Source: Syntrophales bacterium
Lineage (GTDB): Bacteria > Desulfobacterota > Syntrophia > Syntrophales > UBA2210
Direction: 5' to 3'
NCBI GenBank assembly: GCA_963666365.2
Contig: CAXXNF010000002.1
Location: 1,280,001-1,344,000 of the forward strand
DNA length: 64,000 nt
Shown here: piece after piece, positions 21,151 through 31,462 of the stretch
How the letters are laid out: each line of letters opens with the position of its first letter
How positions within the stretch are numbered: the stretch's first letter is position 1
The notes under the pieces: generated by a model
What the model was told of the DNA's origin: nothing
Databases searched by the model: none
What the model saw: only the letters and a program-made list of their open reading frames with translations
Made by a program: the position numbers and the translations under genes

Positions 21151-21163
21151 TATGCTAAGCATA
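21151..21163. promoter_or_regulatory. Palindrome TATGCTAAGCATA, probable MarR operator
   Basis: Lies between marR and the OYE gene; near copy ATGCTAAGTAT at 21618-21628 upstream of marR. Confidence 0.65.
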
Positions 21164-21179
21164 ACTCTTTCATCGGCGC

Positions 21180-21608
21180 TCAATGATGCATGTCCCTGAG
21201 CAACCGCTTCAGGAGCACCCTTTCTTCCATGCTGAAACCTTCCAGCACCTCATTATCGGCCTCGTCGGCTTCTCGTTTCAATTCCTGAATTCGTTCTTTA
21301 GCCTTGGGCGTGAGATATACCTTAAGAGATCTCTTATCTTCATCGGAGGGGCTTTTTATGACCCAGCCGCTTTCGGCAAGGCGGTCAAGAACGCCGGAAA
21401 GAGTTGCATTGTCGAGAGTAAGTCGCTTCCCGAGCTCGCCGGCTGAAACCCCTTCTTCTTCGTTAAGTGCAAAGATCACGAGATGCTGGACGGGAGTTAT
21501 GCCGTACGACTGAAGACGTTTCTTGAAATTTCCATATACCTTCTGATGGGCTTTTGCGAGAAGAAAAAGTATGCATTCGCCATAGCTGCTCATGTGCCTT
21601 CGCTCCAT
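21180..21608 (-). CDS. MarR-family transcriptional regulator
   Basis: LDNATLSGVLDRLAESGWV, DKRSLKVYLT. Confidence 0.93.
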   Translation of the reverse strand: MERRHMSSYGECILFLLAKAHQKVYGNFKKRLQSYGITPVQHLVIFALNEEEGVSAGELGKRLTLDNATLSGVLDRLAESGWVIKSPSDEDKRSLKVYLTPKAKERIQELKREADEADNEVLEGFSMEERVLLKRLLRDMHH

Positions 21609-21785
21609 TTACTTTGCATGCTAAGTATCAGAGGGGCAGTCCACCTGTCAATAAAAAAAGATTTCCGCCCGCCGGCAGAGCGTGAAGACCAGCGGTGTTT
21701 TTTTCTGGAAGAATATATATGATTTTCAGCAGTCGGGTATTTCTTCCCGGGTTGAGCGTTTTCTGAGGAGTGTCGAGGGCAACGC

Positions 21786-23684
21786 TCATTCCCCTGGAAT
21801 TTTGAGTTTCTGCCCCGCATAAATTTTATTTTTTGACTTCAACCCGTTCGTAATTACAAGTTCACTGGTGGGTTTTCCGTATCGCTGCGCAATAATCTCC
21901 AGGGTATCGCCTTTTTTTACCACATAGATTTCTTCTCTCTTTGCGACTTCCGATGCATTTGTCTCTGTATTGGGAGTATTTTCCGCAATGGCAAGCTTCT
22001 GCCCCACATATATGCGGTTCTTTGAGATAATATTGTTGCGTTGCATCAGATCAGGGACGGTAGTGCCGTATTTTTTCGCGATATCAGTAAGGCGGTCGCC
22101 CCGTTTCACCACATAGGTTGTTGCGGTCTTTTTGTCCTCCCGGGTACCTTCCTCCGTGCGTGCTTTCGGTTCGTCTACAAGTCTGAGTTTCTGACCGACA
22201 TAGATCCTGTTTGGCGATTCTATCGCATTCAGCTTTGCCACATGGAGGGCTGTAGTGCTGTATTTTTTCGCAATCCCGTTGAGGGTTTCCCCCCGTTGTA
22301 CCACGTGGAACGGGGGAGACGATGACACTGCCACCGCGGCGGCGCCTGGAATTCGCAATTTCTGTCCCACATAAATGCGGTTTTTCGACCGAATATTGTT
22401 TTCTTTCATCAATTCCTGCACCGTGGTCTCGAAGCGTTGAGCGATTTTTTCCAGCCTGTCGCCTCTTTCTATCTTGTAGAAAAAACTCTCGCGCTTATGT
22501 GCCGCCTTCTTTGACAAGGGCTCATATGCTCCGTCTTTTTCTTCGAACTGTGCGAGATAGGGGGAAGGAATGTACTGGGTGACGGTAGCGGCAATAGCCC
22601 AGGCCATGTCGTCCTGGTAGGCCCTGGTTCGAAGGAGTGATTCTTCATGGGCATTTGACAGATAGGCAGTTTCAACAAGCAGCGATGTGATATCGGGCAG
22701 CTTCAGGACCCTGAAGGGGGCTTCCTGGACTTTAGAAAATTTCAGTTGATTCACTTTTTTGATGTTCTCCAAAGCCATTGCGCCGAAAGATTTCGACTGA
22801 TTAATAGTTTCCGTCTGAAGCATGTTGAGGATAATCGGATCGGTTTCGTCGTTATTCTGCCCATTGGGGACGCCGCCGATGATATCGGAAAGGTTCTGAC
22901 TTTCCGCAAGGAGTCTGGCGGCTTCACTGCTTGCCCCCCTCGTGGAAAGGCAATAGGCGGATGCCCCTCTCACCGACCTGCTGCCGCAGGCATCGGCATG
23001 AATGCTTATAAAGAGATCGGCATTACTTTCCCGCGCAATTTTAAGTCTTTTCTTGAAAGGCACATAGTAATCGCCCTCGCGCGTAAGGAGCGCCTTATAG
23101 CCCCTTTCCACCAATTTATCACGCAGCGCCCTGGAAATCTTGAGCACGATATCCTTTTCCTTTGTTCCGCGAGGTCCTATGGCGCCGGGGTCTTCACCAC
23201 CGTGCCCGGGATCGATTACAATGATTTTCTTTTTTTCCCGCCTCTTAACTTTTTTTCTCTCGACGGTTTCCTGTTCTTCCACCTCGGGAATATTTGCATC
23301 GATCACCACACGGTGCGGCTTGTCCAATATTTTTCCCAGCGTAAACACGCGGGGCTGCACCGACCGGGCGATGTAGACCTCTATGCGGACGCGATCGGCG
23401 GAAAGGGAAGTCACCGATACTTTGCGCACTGCCGGCTTATCAAGCACATATTCTTTCAATAGATCAGGAGAAACAACTGATTTCTCAAACTCGACGACGA
23501 TTTTTCCTTCTTCTTCTTTTACATTAATATGCGCTTCCGCGCTTGTATCCACCACAACCCTGGTATGATCCGGCGCCGTCCAATGGCGGATATTCAAAAT
23601 TTTTGTAATTGCAAAGACAGGTGTCGAAAGGAAGATCAACAACAGAAGTGGTAGGGCAATGACTGTGAGTGCAGTCTTTTTCAT
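21786..23684 (-). CDS. N-acetylmuramoyl-L-alanine amidase (AMIN + Amidase_3 + 4 LysM)
   Basis: IDPGHGGEDPGA, FISIHAD, LVETAYLSN; four LysM repeats (xxGDxLxxIAxxY...NxIYxGQKL); signal peptide from MKKTAL at 23684. Confidence 0.93.
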   Translation of the reverse strand: MKKTALTVIALPLLLLIFLSTPVFAITKILNIRHWTAPDHTRVVVDTSAEAHINVKEEEGKIVVEFEKSVVSPDLLKEYVLDKPAVRKVSVTSLSADRVRIEVYIARSVQPRVFTLGKILDKPHRVVIDANIPEVEEQETVERKKVKRREKKKIIVIDPGHGGEDPGAIGPRGTKEKDIVLKISRALRDKLVERGYKALLTREGDYYVPFKKRLKIARESNADLFISIHADACGSRSVRGASAYCLSTRGASSEAARLLAESQNLSDIIGGVPNGQNNDETDPIILNMLQTETINQSKSFGAMALENIKKVNQLKFSKVQEAPFRVLKLPDITSLLVETAYLSNAHEESLLRTRAYQDDMAWAIAATVTQYIPSPYLAQFEEKDGAYEPLSKKAAHKRESFFYKIERGDRLEKIAQRFETTVQELMKENNIRSKNRIYVGQKLRIPGAAAVAVSSSPPFHVVQRGETLNGIAKKYSTTALHVAKLNAIESPNRIYVGQKLRLVDEPKARTEEGTREDKKTATTYVVKRGDRLTDIAKKYGTTVPDLMQRNNIISKNRIYVGQKLAIAENTPNTETNASEVAKREEIYVVKKGDTLEIIAQRYGKPTSELVITNGLKSKNKIYAGQKLKIPGE

Positions 23685-23830
23685 AATCCTTGTACACTTG
23701 TTTTTTGAAATGGAACTGTAACAGCTTCGCCCGCCAATTACAAGGGCCACTGGAAAATTGAAGAGTAAAAAGGGATTGACAATTTTTGCGTCAAATGACA
23801 TGTACGAAATTCTTTACAAGGAGTCTGTCA

Positions 23831-24700
23831 ATGAAAATAAGGGACCTGCTGGCACACACCCCTTTCAGCCTCTCCTTTGAGGTCTTCCCGCCTCAACGGG
23901 AGGGAAGCATAGAAAGTCTCTACAGAACCGTGGAGGCATTGCGTGAATTACAGCCGCAATTCTTTTCCGTAACCTACGGCGCCGGCGGGGGAACCCGCGA
24001 CATGACGGTTGAAATCGCTTCAAAGATAAAAAACGATCACGACAGCGAAGTGCTTGCACATTTGACCTGTGTTCAGGCGACCCGGCGCGACATTGCGGAC
24101 ATACTCAAAGAACTCCAGGAAAACAATATCGCAAACATCCTCGCGCTCAGGGGAGATCCACCCGCAGGAGAAGAAAACTTTGCAACGCCGAAGGGCGGCT
24201 TCGGAAACGCCGGAGAACTTGTCAAATTTATTGCATCAGAGGGCGATTTTTCCATAGGTGTGGCCGGCTACCCTGAAGTGCATATCGAAGCCTTAACCCT
24301 TGAGGCGGATGTGGCCTACCTTAAGAAAAAAGTGGACGCCGGCGCCGATTTCGTCATTACCCAGCTTTTTTTCGACAACGACTGTTTTTACCGTTTTCGC
24401 GACAGGGCATTGAAAACCGGCATTAACGTCCCCATCATAGCCGGCATTTTCCCCCTTTTCAATTTTAAACAGATTGAAAAAGTCACCTCACTCAGCAACA
24501 CAAAGATCCCCCCTGCATTGCATGACAAACTTTTTAAAGTACGCGAAAAGCCGGAAGAAGTGGAAAAATACGGCATCGAATATGCCATCGCGCAGGCGGG
24601 GGATCTCATTGCACATGAAGTCGCGGGCATTCATTTTTACAGCATGAACAGGAGCCGCCATGTCATACGCATCGTGAAGGAACTGGATCTGCCCCATTAA
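23831..24700 (+). CDS. metF: 5,10-methylenetetrahydrofolate reductase
   Basis: SFEVFPP, SVTYGAGG, AHLTC, LALRGD, AGYPEVH, ITQLFFD, HFYSMN. Confidence 0.96.
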   Translation: MKIRDLLAHTPFSLSFEVFPPQREGSIESLYRTVEALRELQPQFFSVTYGAGGGTRDMTVEIASKIKNDHDSEVLAHLTCVQATRRDIADILKELQENNIANILALRGDPPAGEENFATPKGGFGNAGELVKFIASEGDFSIGVAGYPEVHIEALTLEADVAYLKKKVDAGADFVITQLFFDNDCFYRFRDRALKTGINVPIIAGIFPLFNFKQIEKVTSLSNTKIPPALHDKLFKVREKPEEVEKYGIEYAIAQAGDLIAHEVAGIHFYSMNRSRHVIRIVKELDLPH

Positions 24701-24781
24701 AAAGTATTGAATATTATCGCAACCCATAGTAATGATGTGCCCGATCTGATACACTGCATACCGACACAAGATCACAGGAAC

Positions 24782-24858
24782 GGGCGATTAGCTCAGCTGG
24801 ATAGAGCGTTGGCCTCCGAAGCCAAAGGTCATGGGTCCGAATCCCATATCGCCCTCCA
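24782..24858 (+). tRNA. tRNA-Arg(CCG)
   Basis: Cloverleaf: acceptor GGGCGAT/ATCGCCC, D-stem GCTC/GAGC, anticodon arm TTGGC-CTCCGAA-GCCAA, T-arm ATGGG-TCCGAAT-CCCAT, encoded CCA. Confidence 0.93.
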
Positions 24859-24868
24859 AATAAAATCA

Positions 24869-24903
24869 AGGGGTTAGGCACTTAGCTTAATCCCTCTTTT
24901 TTT
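24869..24903 (+). terminator. Hairpin plus T-run after the tRNA
   Basis: GGGGTTAGGC-ACTTA-GCTTAATCCC (with G-U pairs) followed by TCTTTTTTT. Confidence 0.6.
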
Positions 24904-25333
24904 GCCCTTGCTACCACCTTGCTACCAGGGAGCAAAAAATACCGGCTAATCCCGCCTAAAAATTCTTTTCTAATCATTGCCTCATAATTCATAAAAAGTT
25001 GCATAGTGAAAGATACAAGGACTGAATCGGGGATCAGTATAAAATATCTTTGATAAAGAATGTTTGAAGGGAAAAAACAGACTCAATCTCTTTACATATT
25101 CAGAAGCTCGTGTTAGATACCTGAGACATCATCGTTCACTTGTGTCTGAGCTAAATCTCATTAATTAAGTTGCTACTCCGAGAGACACAGACAATGTCGC
25201 ATCTCTTAAAATATGAAAACGAGAGATATTCCGTAAATATCCCAATCTTACATCTGTTCAAGTATACGATACTAATAAACCTTCATTTAATGCCGGACAC
25301 AATCATGTGTCCAGGACAGGAGGGAATATAGGC

Positions 25334-26212
25334 ATGGCGGAGATCACCAAAAGGCGCTCGGGGGAACTTGTACGAGGTGTATTCAAGATATTGCTCAAAC
25401 ATCCTGATGGCTTACCGGCAAAAGAAGTGCTCAGGCAGCTCGCGGATATTGTCCCACCGACACCCTTCGAGGCAAGTATGTATCCCAACCGTCCCAATGT
25501 TCGTCGTTACGAAAAAATAGTCCGTTTTTCAACAATTAATACTGTCAAGGCAGGATGGCTTCATAAAGATAAAGGTTCATGGTCTCTTACTGATGAAGGT
25601 CGCGCAGCTTTTGAAAAATTTTCAGACGCTGAAGATTTTCATCATGCGGCACGGAATTTATATCGAAAATGGAAAGCCGATCAACCGGCAGGTGAAAATG
25701 ATGAAATCGATGCCGGAGAGGCTGCTACAACCTTAGAAGAAGCCGCCGAAAGTGCCTGGTCCCAAATTGAGAACTTTCTTGAAGGGATGAGTCCTTACGA
25801 CTTCCAGGAACTCGTTGCAGGACTTCTTCGAGGGATGGGCTACTATGTGGATTGGATATCACCGCCGGGTCCGGACAAAGGCATCGATATTGTGGCTCAT
25901 ACAGACCCACTCGGTGTAAAAGGTCCCCGAATCAAGGTGCAGGTCAAGCGGAGAGCAGACAAAATAGCGGTGGATGGTGTCCGAGGATTCATGGCTCTGC
26001 TTGGAGACTCCGATGTTGGACTCTTTGTGTGTACAGGCGGATTCACACGCGACGCCGAAGAAGAGGCACGGCGTCAAGAGAAGCGGCGTATTATGTTATT
26101 GGATCTCAAGAAATTGTTTGACCTTTGGACGGAACATTACAACCGGATTCCCGAGGCACAAAGACAGTTATTGCCTCTACGCCCGGTTTACTACTTAGCC
26201 CCTGATGAATGA
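25334..26212 (+). CDS. mrr: Mrr-family (type IV) restriction endonuclease
   Basis: Mrr_N wHTH (KAGWL...GSWSLTDEG); catalytic FQELVAGLLRGMGY, DKGIDI, VQVKR, TGGFTRDA. Confidence 0.9.
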   Translation: MAEITKRRSGELVRGVFKILLKHPDGLPAKEVLRQLADIVPPTPFEASMYPNRPNVRRYEKIVRFSTINTVKAGWLHKDKGSWSLTDEGRAAFEKFSDAEDFHHAARNLYRKWKADQPAGENDEIDAGEAATTLEEAAESAWSQIENFLEGMSPYDFQELVAGLLRGMGYYVDWISPPGPDKGIDIVAHTDPLGVKGPRIKVQVKRRADKIAVDGVRGFMALLGDSDVGLFVCTGGFTRDAEEEARRQEKRRIMLLDLKKLFDLWTEHYNRIPEAQRQLLPLRPVYYLAPDE

Positions 26213-26259
26213 GTCACTAATAAAAAGCATTACAGGGAAGACAAGCAAAGAGGCAATAC

Positions 26260-27810
26260 ATGGCAAAAAGTAACGGAAATGGCGCAAATCTTGGCTTTGA
26301 AAATCAAATGTGGGCTGCTGCGGATAAACTCAGGGGGCATATGGACGCCTCTGAATACAAGCATGTGGTTCTTGGTTTGATTTTTCTCAAATACATCTCC
26401 GATGCTTTTCAAGCCAAGTACAAGCAGCTTGAAGCGTCGAAAGAGACAGAATACACCGATCCGGAAGATCGGGACGAATACGCGGCCGCTAACATTTTTT
26501 GGGTACCGAAGGAGGCTCGCTGGTCCGTATTGCAGTCAAATGCCAAGCAGCCGACCATCGGCAAGTTGATCGATGATGCGATGGTGGCCATCGAAAAGGA
26601 GAATCCGACGCTCAAAGGAGTTCTACCCAAAGACTATGGCCGGCCATCGCTCGACAAGTACCGCCTGGGTGAACTCATCGATATCATCAGCAAGATAGGA
26701 CTTGGAGATGATGAGTCCCGCTCGAAGGATATTCTCGGCCGGGTGTACGAGTATTTTCTCGGTCGTTTCGCTGCCGCCGAGGGCAAAGGCGGCGGTGAGT
26801 TCTATACACCACGGTGCGTGGTCAATCTGCTCGTCAGAATGATCGAGCCGTATAAGGGGCGCGTATATGACCCCTGCTGCGGCTCCGGCGGCATGTTCGT
26901 TCAGAGCGAACGTTTTGTTGAGGAACACGGCGGCAGATTGGGCGATATCGCCATCTACGGTCAGGAATCCAATTCCACCACCTGGCGGCTGGCCATGATG
27001 AACCTGGCTATCCGTGGACTGGACGCCAACCTTGGCGGACAGAATGCGGACAGCTTCCATAACGATCTGCACAAAGACCTCCGCGCCGATTTCATCTTGG
27101 CGAATCCTCCTTTCAATATGAGCGACTGGGGCGGCGAACGCCTTCGTGAAGACGCCCGCTGGAAGTACGGTATCCCGCCGGTAAACAACGCCAACTACGC
27201 CTGGATTCAACATTTCATCCATCACCTCTCGCCCACGGGGGTGGCCGGTTTCGTCATGGCCAACGGGTCCATGTCCACCAACACCACCAGCGAAGGAGAA
27301 ATCCGCAGGAACATCATCGAGGCGGACCTGGTGGACTGCATGATCGCCCTGCCCGGACAGCTCTTCTATACAACGCAGATTCCAGTATGCCTGTGGTTTG
27401 TGGCCCGCAACAAGAAAAACGGCAAGTTCCGCGACCGGAGCGGGCGCACCCTCTTTATCGATGCCCGCAAATTGGGAAGCCTCATCGACCGGACCCATAA
27501 AGATTTTTCCGATGAAGAGATCGACAAGATCGCAGCTACCTACCATGCCTGGCGCGGTGAAAAAGAGGCCGGCGAGTATCAGGATGTACCGGGCTTCTGC
27601 AAGAGCGCCACAACCGATGAGATCAGGGAACACGGCTATGTGCTCACCCCGGGCAGATACGTGGGTGCGGCCGAGATCGAGGACGACGGGGTGCCTTTTG
27701 AGGAAAAGATGGCCGAACTTTCAGCCACGCTCTATGAGCAGTTCAGCGAAGCGGACCGGCTCAAAGCCACGATCAAAAGGAATTTGGAGGTCTTGGGCTA
27801 TGGGGAGTGA
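26260..27810 (+). CDS. hsdM: Type I restriction-modification methyltransferase (m6A)
   Basis: [29 protein letters not shown]. Confidence 0.97.
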   Translation: MAKSNGNGANLGFENQMWAAADKLRGHMDASEYKHVVLGLIFLKYISDAFQAKYKQLEASKETEYTDPEDRDEYAAANIFWVPKEARWSVLQSNAKQPTIGKLIDDAMVAIEKENPTLKGVLPKDYGRPSLDKYRLGELIDIISKIGLGDDESRSKDILGRVYEYFLGRFAAAEGKGGGEFYTPRCVVNLLVRMIEPYKGRVYDPCCGSGGMFVQSERFVEEHGGRLGDIAIYGQESNSTTWRLAMMNLAIRGLDANLGGQNADSFHNDLHKDLRADFILANPPFNMSDWGGERLREDARWKYGIPPVNNANYAWIQHFIHHLSPTGVAGFVMANGSMSTNTTSEGEIRRNIIEADLVDCMIALPGQLFYTTQIPVCLWFVARNKKNGKFRDRSGRTLFIDARKLGSLIDRTHKDFSDEEIDKIAATYHAWRGEKEAGEYQDVPGFCKSATTDEIREHGYVLTPGRYVGAAEIEDDGVPFEEKMAELSATLYEQFSEADRLKATIKRNLEVLGYGE

Positions 27811-29122
27811 TTGGGAAACAGTACGCCTTGGTGATTATGCTGATGTTCAAACGGGACCTTTTGGGAGTCAGCTCCATAAAAAAGACTACGTTGATATTGG
27901 GACCCCAATCATTACGGTTGAACATTTGGGCGATAATAGAATTATGCATTCAAACCTTCCTCGTGTTTCAGAAAAAGACCGGTTACGCCTGAGAAAGTAT
28001 TGGATGCAGCAGGGAGATATTGTTTTCAGCCGTGTAGGATCAGTTGATCGTAGTGCATACGTCCATAAGCAGGAGGATGGCTGGTTATTTTCAGGTCGTT
28101 GTCTACGGGTTCGTGTCAGAGATACAAATTTAGATTCACGATTCCTGTCCTTTTTTTTTGGCTTAGAGAGCGTGAAGGAACATATACGGCAGATCGCTGT
28201 AGGTGCGACAATGCCTTCTTTGAACACATCTTTATTAAGCAATATTAAGATAGTGGTTCCGCCGATTTCCGAACAACGCGCCATCGCACATATCCTCGGA
28301 TCACTAGACGACAAGATCGAATTGAACCGCCGGATGAACCAGACGCTGGAAGCTATGGCCCGCGCCATTTTCAAATCCTGGTTCGTGGATTTCGATCCGG
28401 TGCGCGCCAAAGCCGAAGGCCGCCCGACTGGTCTACCTGATGATATTGCTACACTTTTTCCTGACAAATTCGAAAACTCAGAGCTTGGAGAGATCCCGAA
28501 GGGGTGGAAGGTAAAACCCATTGGTCAGTCTGTTAAATGTGTTGGCGGATCAACACCAAGTACCAAGAATGCTGCTTTTTGGGATGGCGGGAAGACCCCC
28601 TTTGTGACTCCCAAAGATATGTCATCTCTTACGAGCCCAGTAATACTGGATACGTCTCGCCATATCACCGACGCTGGGGTTGACAAGATAAGTTCGGGAC
28701 GTCTGCCTATCGGGACTGTCATCCTCTCTTCGAGAGCACCTATCGGCTATCTGGCCATTACGGAAGTTCCTGTCTCACTTAACCAAGGCGTCATTGCGAT
28801 GATCTGCAACAAAAATCTGCCCAATCACTATGTGCTGTATTGGACAGAGACAAACATGGAGACGATCAAAAGCAATGCAGGTGGGACTACATTTGCCGAG
28901 ATCAGCAAGCGCAATTTTAGGCCAATTCCAGTCGTTGATCCTCAAAAACTCGTTCTTGATGCTTTTGTTCAGCAGGTCGAGCTGCTGCACAAACAAGTTG
29001 TCCTTAACCTCCAAGATTCAAACACTCTCGCCTCGCTTCGCGACATTCTTCTTCCCAAACTCGTTTCCGGCGAGCTGCGGGTCCCGGATGCCGAGAAGTT
29101 CGTTGAGGAGACCGGGTTATGA
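27800..29122 (+). CDS. hsdS: Type I RM specificity subunit
   Basis: Start MGSDW at 27800; two TRDs separated by conserved [19 protein letters not shown]...FKSWFVDF...GEIPKGW; C-terminal [13 protein letters not shown]. Confidence 0.95.
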   Translation: MGSDWETVRLGDYADVQTGPFGSQLHKKDYVDIGTPIITVEHLGDNRIMHSNLPRVSEKDRLRLRKYWMQQGDIVFSRVGSVDRSAYVHKQEDGWLFSGRCLRVRVRDTNLDSRFLSFFFGLESVKEHIRQIAVGATMPSLNTSLLSNIKIVVPPISEQRAIAHILGSLDDKIELNRRMNQTLEAMARAIFKSWFVDFDPVRAKAEGRPTGLPDDIATLFPDKFENSELGEIPKGWKVKPIGQSVKCVGGSTPSTKNAAFWDGGKTPFVTPKDMSSLTSPVILDTSRHITDAGVDKISSGRLPIGTVILSSRAPIGYLAITEVPVSLNQGVIAMICNKNLPNHYVLYWTETNMETIKSNAGGTTFAEISKRNFRPIPVVDPQKLVLDAFVQQVELLHKQVVLNLQDSNTLASLRDILLPKLVSGELRVPDAEKFVEETGL

Positions 29123-31392
29123 TGATTAATAAAATAAATCTGATGCGCGATTGTTGCGTTTTTCATGAATTCTCTTGGCCAGGCGACCTTCCTGAATTTG
29201 GGCGACACAACCTTATTTATGGATGGAACGGTTCAGGAAAGACCACTTTAAGCACTATATTCCGCACATTGGAAAACCCAGCAAAGCCAATGGATGGCCA
29301 CTTCACCGTGACGATAAACGGACAAAATGTGAACAAAAACGATTTCATCCAATTGACACTACCCATCCGAGTATTCAATCGAGATTTCAGGGATGAGGTC
29401 GTCTTTCCAAAAGAAGGGGAAGTTGCGCCCATTCTTATTTTAGGCAAGGAGAATGTCGAGAAACAAAAGCAGGCAGATCAGTTAAAGAATACTTTGGCAA
29501 AGAAAAAAGAAAAACTTAATAAATTAACTCAAGAAAAAACTACTAAAATAAATGTCCTGGATAAGTTCTGTATTGACAAAGCTAAAGGAATCAAAGACTT
29601 ACTCCGATCAAGCGGATCGAACCCATATAACAACTATAATAAAGGTGATTTTAGCCAGCGAGCCGAGCAGATGGTGTCCGCAGGTGACAAGACCGCCTAT
29701 CTAATCAATGATTTGACCCGAGATAAGCTTCTTACCCGGCTTCGTAGCAACCCGAAAACTAAGATCCAAACAATTGACCACCACTTGCCCGATCTCAAGA
29801 CTTATAGGAAGATCGTGCCTGAGCTTCTTTCGAAAACAGTTGTTTCTTCGGTTATTCAATCGTTGAAGGATGATGCGCAGCTGTCCTCTTGGGTTCATAC
29901 TGGGCTCCGATTACACCAGGAAAGAAAGACAGATAAATGCCTTTTCTGCAAACAGACGATTCCAAAGGATCGAATGTCGGCTTTGGAGGCTCATTTCAGT
30001 AAAGAGCACGCTGATTTAATGCACAGATTGGATGTTCAAATCAAAGATCTTCAGACCGCCATTAAAAGGACCGAGGACTTGGCTATTCCAAAGGCTGTGG
30101 AATTCTATGACGACATTAAATCAGATTATGAGAGCACCAGCAAAACATTACGTAAAGAAAGTGATTCTGCCAAACGTGTGCTGGTTGAGTTAGTCAAGTC
30201 TCTTGAAGATAAAAAGAATCGTGCATTCGACCCAATCGCACTTGATATTACAATACCGGATTTGAATGTTGATTCCATGAAAAACCTTAACAGTATTATA
30301 CTTAAACACAACCAGATTTGTGATGATTTTCAGTCGCGAATCAACTCTGCGCGAAAACAACTTGAAGAGGAATTGGTAGCTTCAAACCTTGATGAATTTA
30401 TAAGTCTCCAGGATGCCATTAAACCTGCCGAAGCTGGGATTTTAGAGGCGAATAAAGAAATCCAAAGGATATCTGATGAGATTGCCAAAACTGAGCGTGA
30501 TATTGTCGAGCACCGTCGTCCTGCTGAAGAACTGAACGAGGATTTAAGAAAATATCTCGGCCACGATGAACTTCAGTTGGAAGTCGAAAAAACCGGTTAC
30601 AAAATTATGCGGCATGAGAAACCGGCCGAAGGCATTAGCGAAGGCGAGATGACTGCCATTGCATTACTATATTTTCTGAAGTCGTTGCAGGATAGACGGT
30701 TCGATTTAGAAAAAGGAGTTGTTGTGCTTGATGATCCGGTATCGAGTCTGGATGCAAACGCTTTATACTATGCATTCGGATTCATACGTGAACATACGTC
30801 AAACGCAAAACAAATTTTTATACTTACCCATAACTTTACTTTCTTCCAGCAAGTCAGAAACTGGTTCTATCATTTGAAAGGCCAGAACAAACGAGACATA
30901 AATCAACGGCCAGCGCGTTTTTATATGGTCGATTGCGTCCATGATGGAAGAAGGCGATGCTCAAAACTGATTGCTCTCGATCCGCTTCTTGAGCAATACA
31001 ATTCTGAATACCATTATCTGTTTGCGCGCATTTATCGAAAGGTAAAGGATTGTTCACAAGGTCCTTTTGAGGAATATTATGTCTTCCCAAATATGGCAAG
31101 GCGAGTTCTTGAGGCCTTTCTTGCTTTTCGACACCCCCAAATTGCGGGGGAACTCTGGAAAAAACTTCAATCAGTCCAGTTTGACGAATCTAAGAAAACC
31201 CGGATTCTCCGATTTGTCCACACCCACTCGCATAGCGGTGCTGTTGGAGAGCCGGAGCATGATCCTTCGATCCTGTGCGAGACAAATAATGTGCTGAAGG
31301 ACTTGTTGGATTTTATTCAAGCACAAGACCCAGAACATTTCTTAGCGATGGAGCAACTTGTCACGAATGCCAACAACGGAGAGATACAATAA
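29119..31392 (+). CDS. rloC: RloC-like anticodon nuclease (Rad50-like ABC ATPase + zinc hook + HEPN)
   Basis: Walker A GWNGSGKTT, coiled coil with CLFC hook, SEGE signature, DDPVSSLD, LTHN, HEPN NMARRVLE...RFVHTHSH. Confidence 0.82.
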   Translation: MMINKINLMRDCCVFHEFSWPGDLPEFGRHNLIYGWNGSGKTTLSTIFRTLENPAKPMDGHFTVTINGQNVNKNDFIQLTLPIRVFNRDFRDEVVFPKEGEVAPILILGKENVEKQKQADQLKNTLAKKKEKLNKLTQEKTTKINVLDKFCIDKAKGIKDLLRSSGSNPYNNYNKGDFSQRAEQMVSAGDKTAYLINDLTRDKLLTRLRSNPKTKIQTIDHHLPDLKTYRKIVPELLSKTVVSSVIQSLKDDAQLSSWVHTGLRLHQERKTDKCLFCKQTIPKDRMSALEAHFSKEHADLMHRLDVQIKDLQTAIKRTEDLAIPKAVEFYDDIKSDYESTSKTLRKESDSAKRVLVELVKSLEDKKNRAFDPIALDITIPDLNVDSMKNLNSIILKHNQICDDFQSRINSARKQLEEELVASNLDEFISLQDAIKPAEAGILEANKEIQRISDEIAKTERDIVEHRRPAEELNEDLRKYLGHDELQLEVEKTGYKIMRHEKPAEGISEGEMTAIALLYFLKSLQDRRFDLEKGVVVLDDPVSSLDANALYYAFGFIREHTSNAKQIFILTHNFTFFQQVRNWFYHLKGQNKRDINQRPARFYMVDCVHDGRRRCSKLIALDPLLEQYNSEYHYLFARIYRKVKDCSQGPFEEYYVFPNMARRVLEAFLAFRHPQIAGELWKKLQSVQFDESKKTRILRFVHTHSHSGAVGEPEHDPSILCETNNVLKDLLDFIQAQDPEHFLAMEQLVTNANNGEIQ

Positions 31393-31462
31393 TGTTTAAT
31401 GTTGCTGTCTCCGAAACGACCCTTGAGCTACCAGTTCTCTGTGTAGGAAGGGAAACCGACTT

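Noticed and set aside
21786..22480. Repeated sequence blocks in the amidase 3' half
   Set aside because: Ordinary LysM domain repeats.
23685..23830. SAM riboswitch or SahR site upstream of metF
   Set aside because: No recognisable consensus; only TTGAC-N9-GTCAA, which divergent -35 boxes could explain.
24940..25290. AT-rich island leader considered as a retron ncRNA or integrase remnant
   Set aside because: No reverse transcriptase in the window, no convincing long ORF or msr/msd-type repeats.
26623..27633. 336-aa minus-strand ORF (likewise 31361-32287)
   Set aside because: Antisense shadows of hsdM and rhuM.
27398..27799. N-terminal extension of hsdS in the ORF track
   Set aside because: Overlaps hsdM in another frame; HsdS-like sequence starts at ATG 27800.
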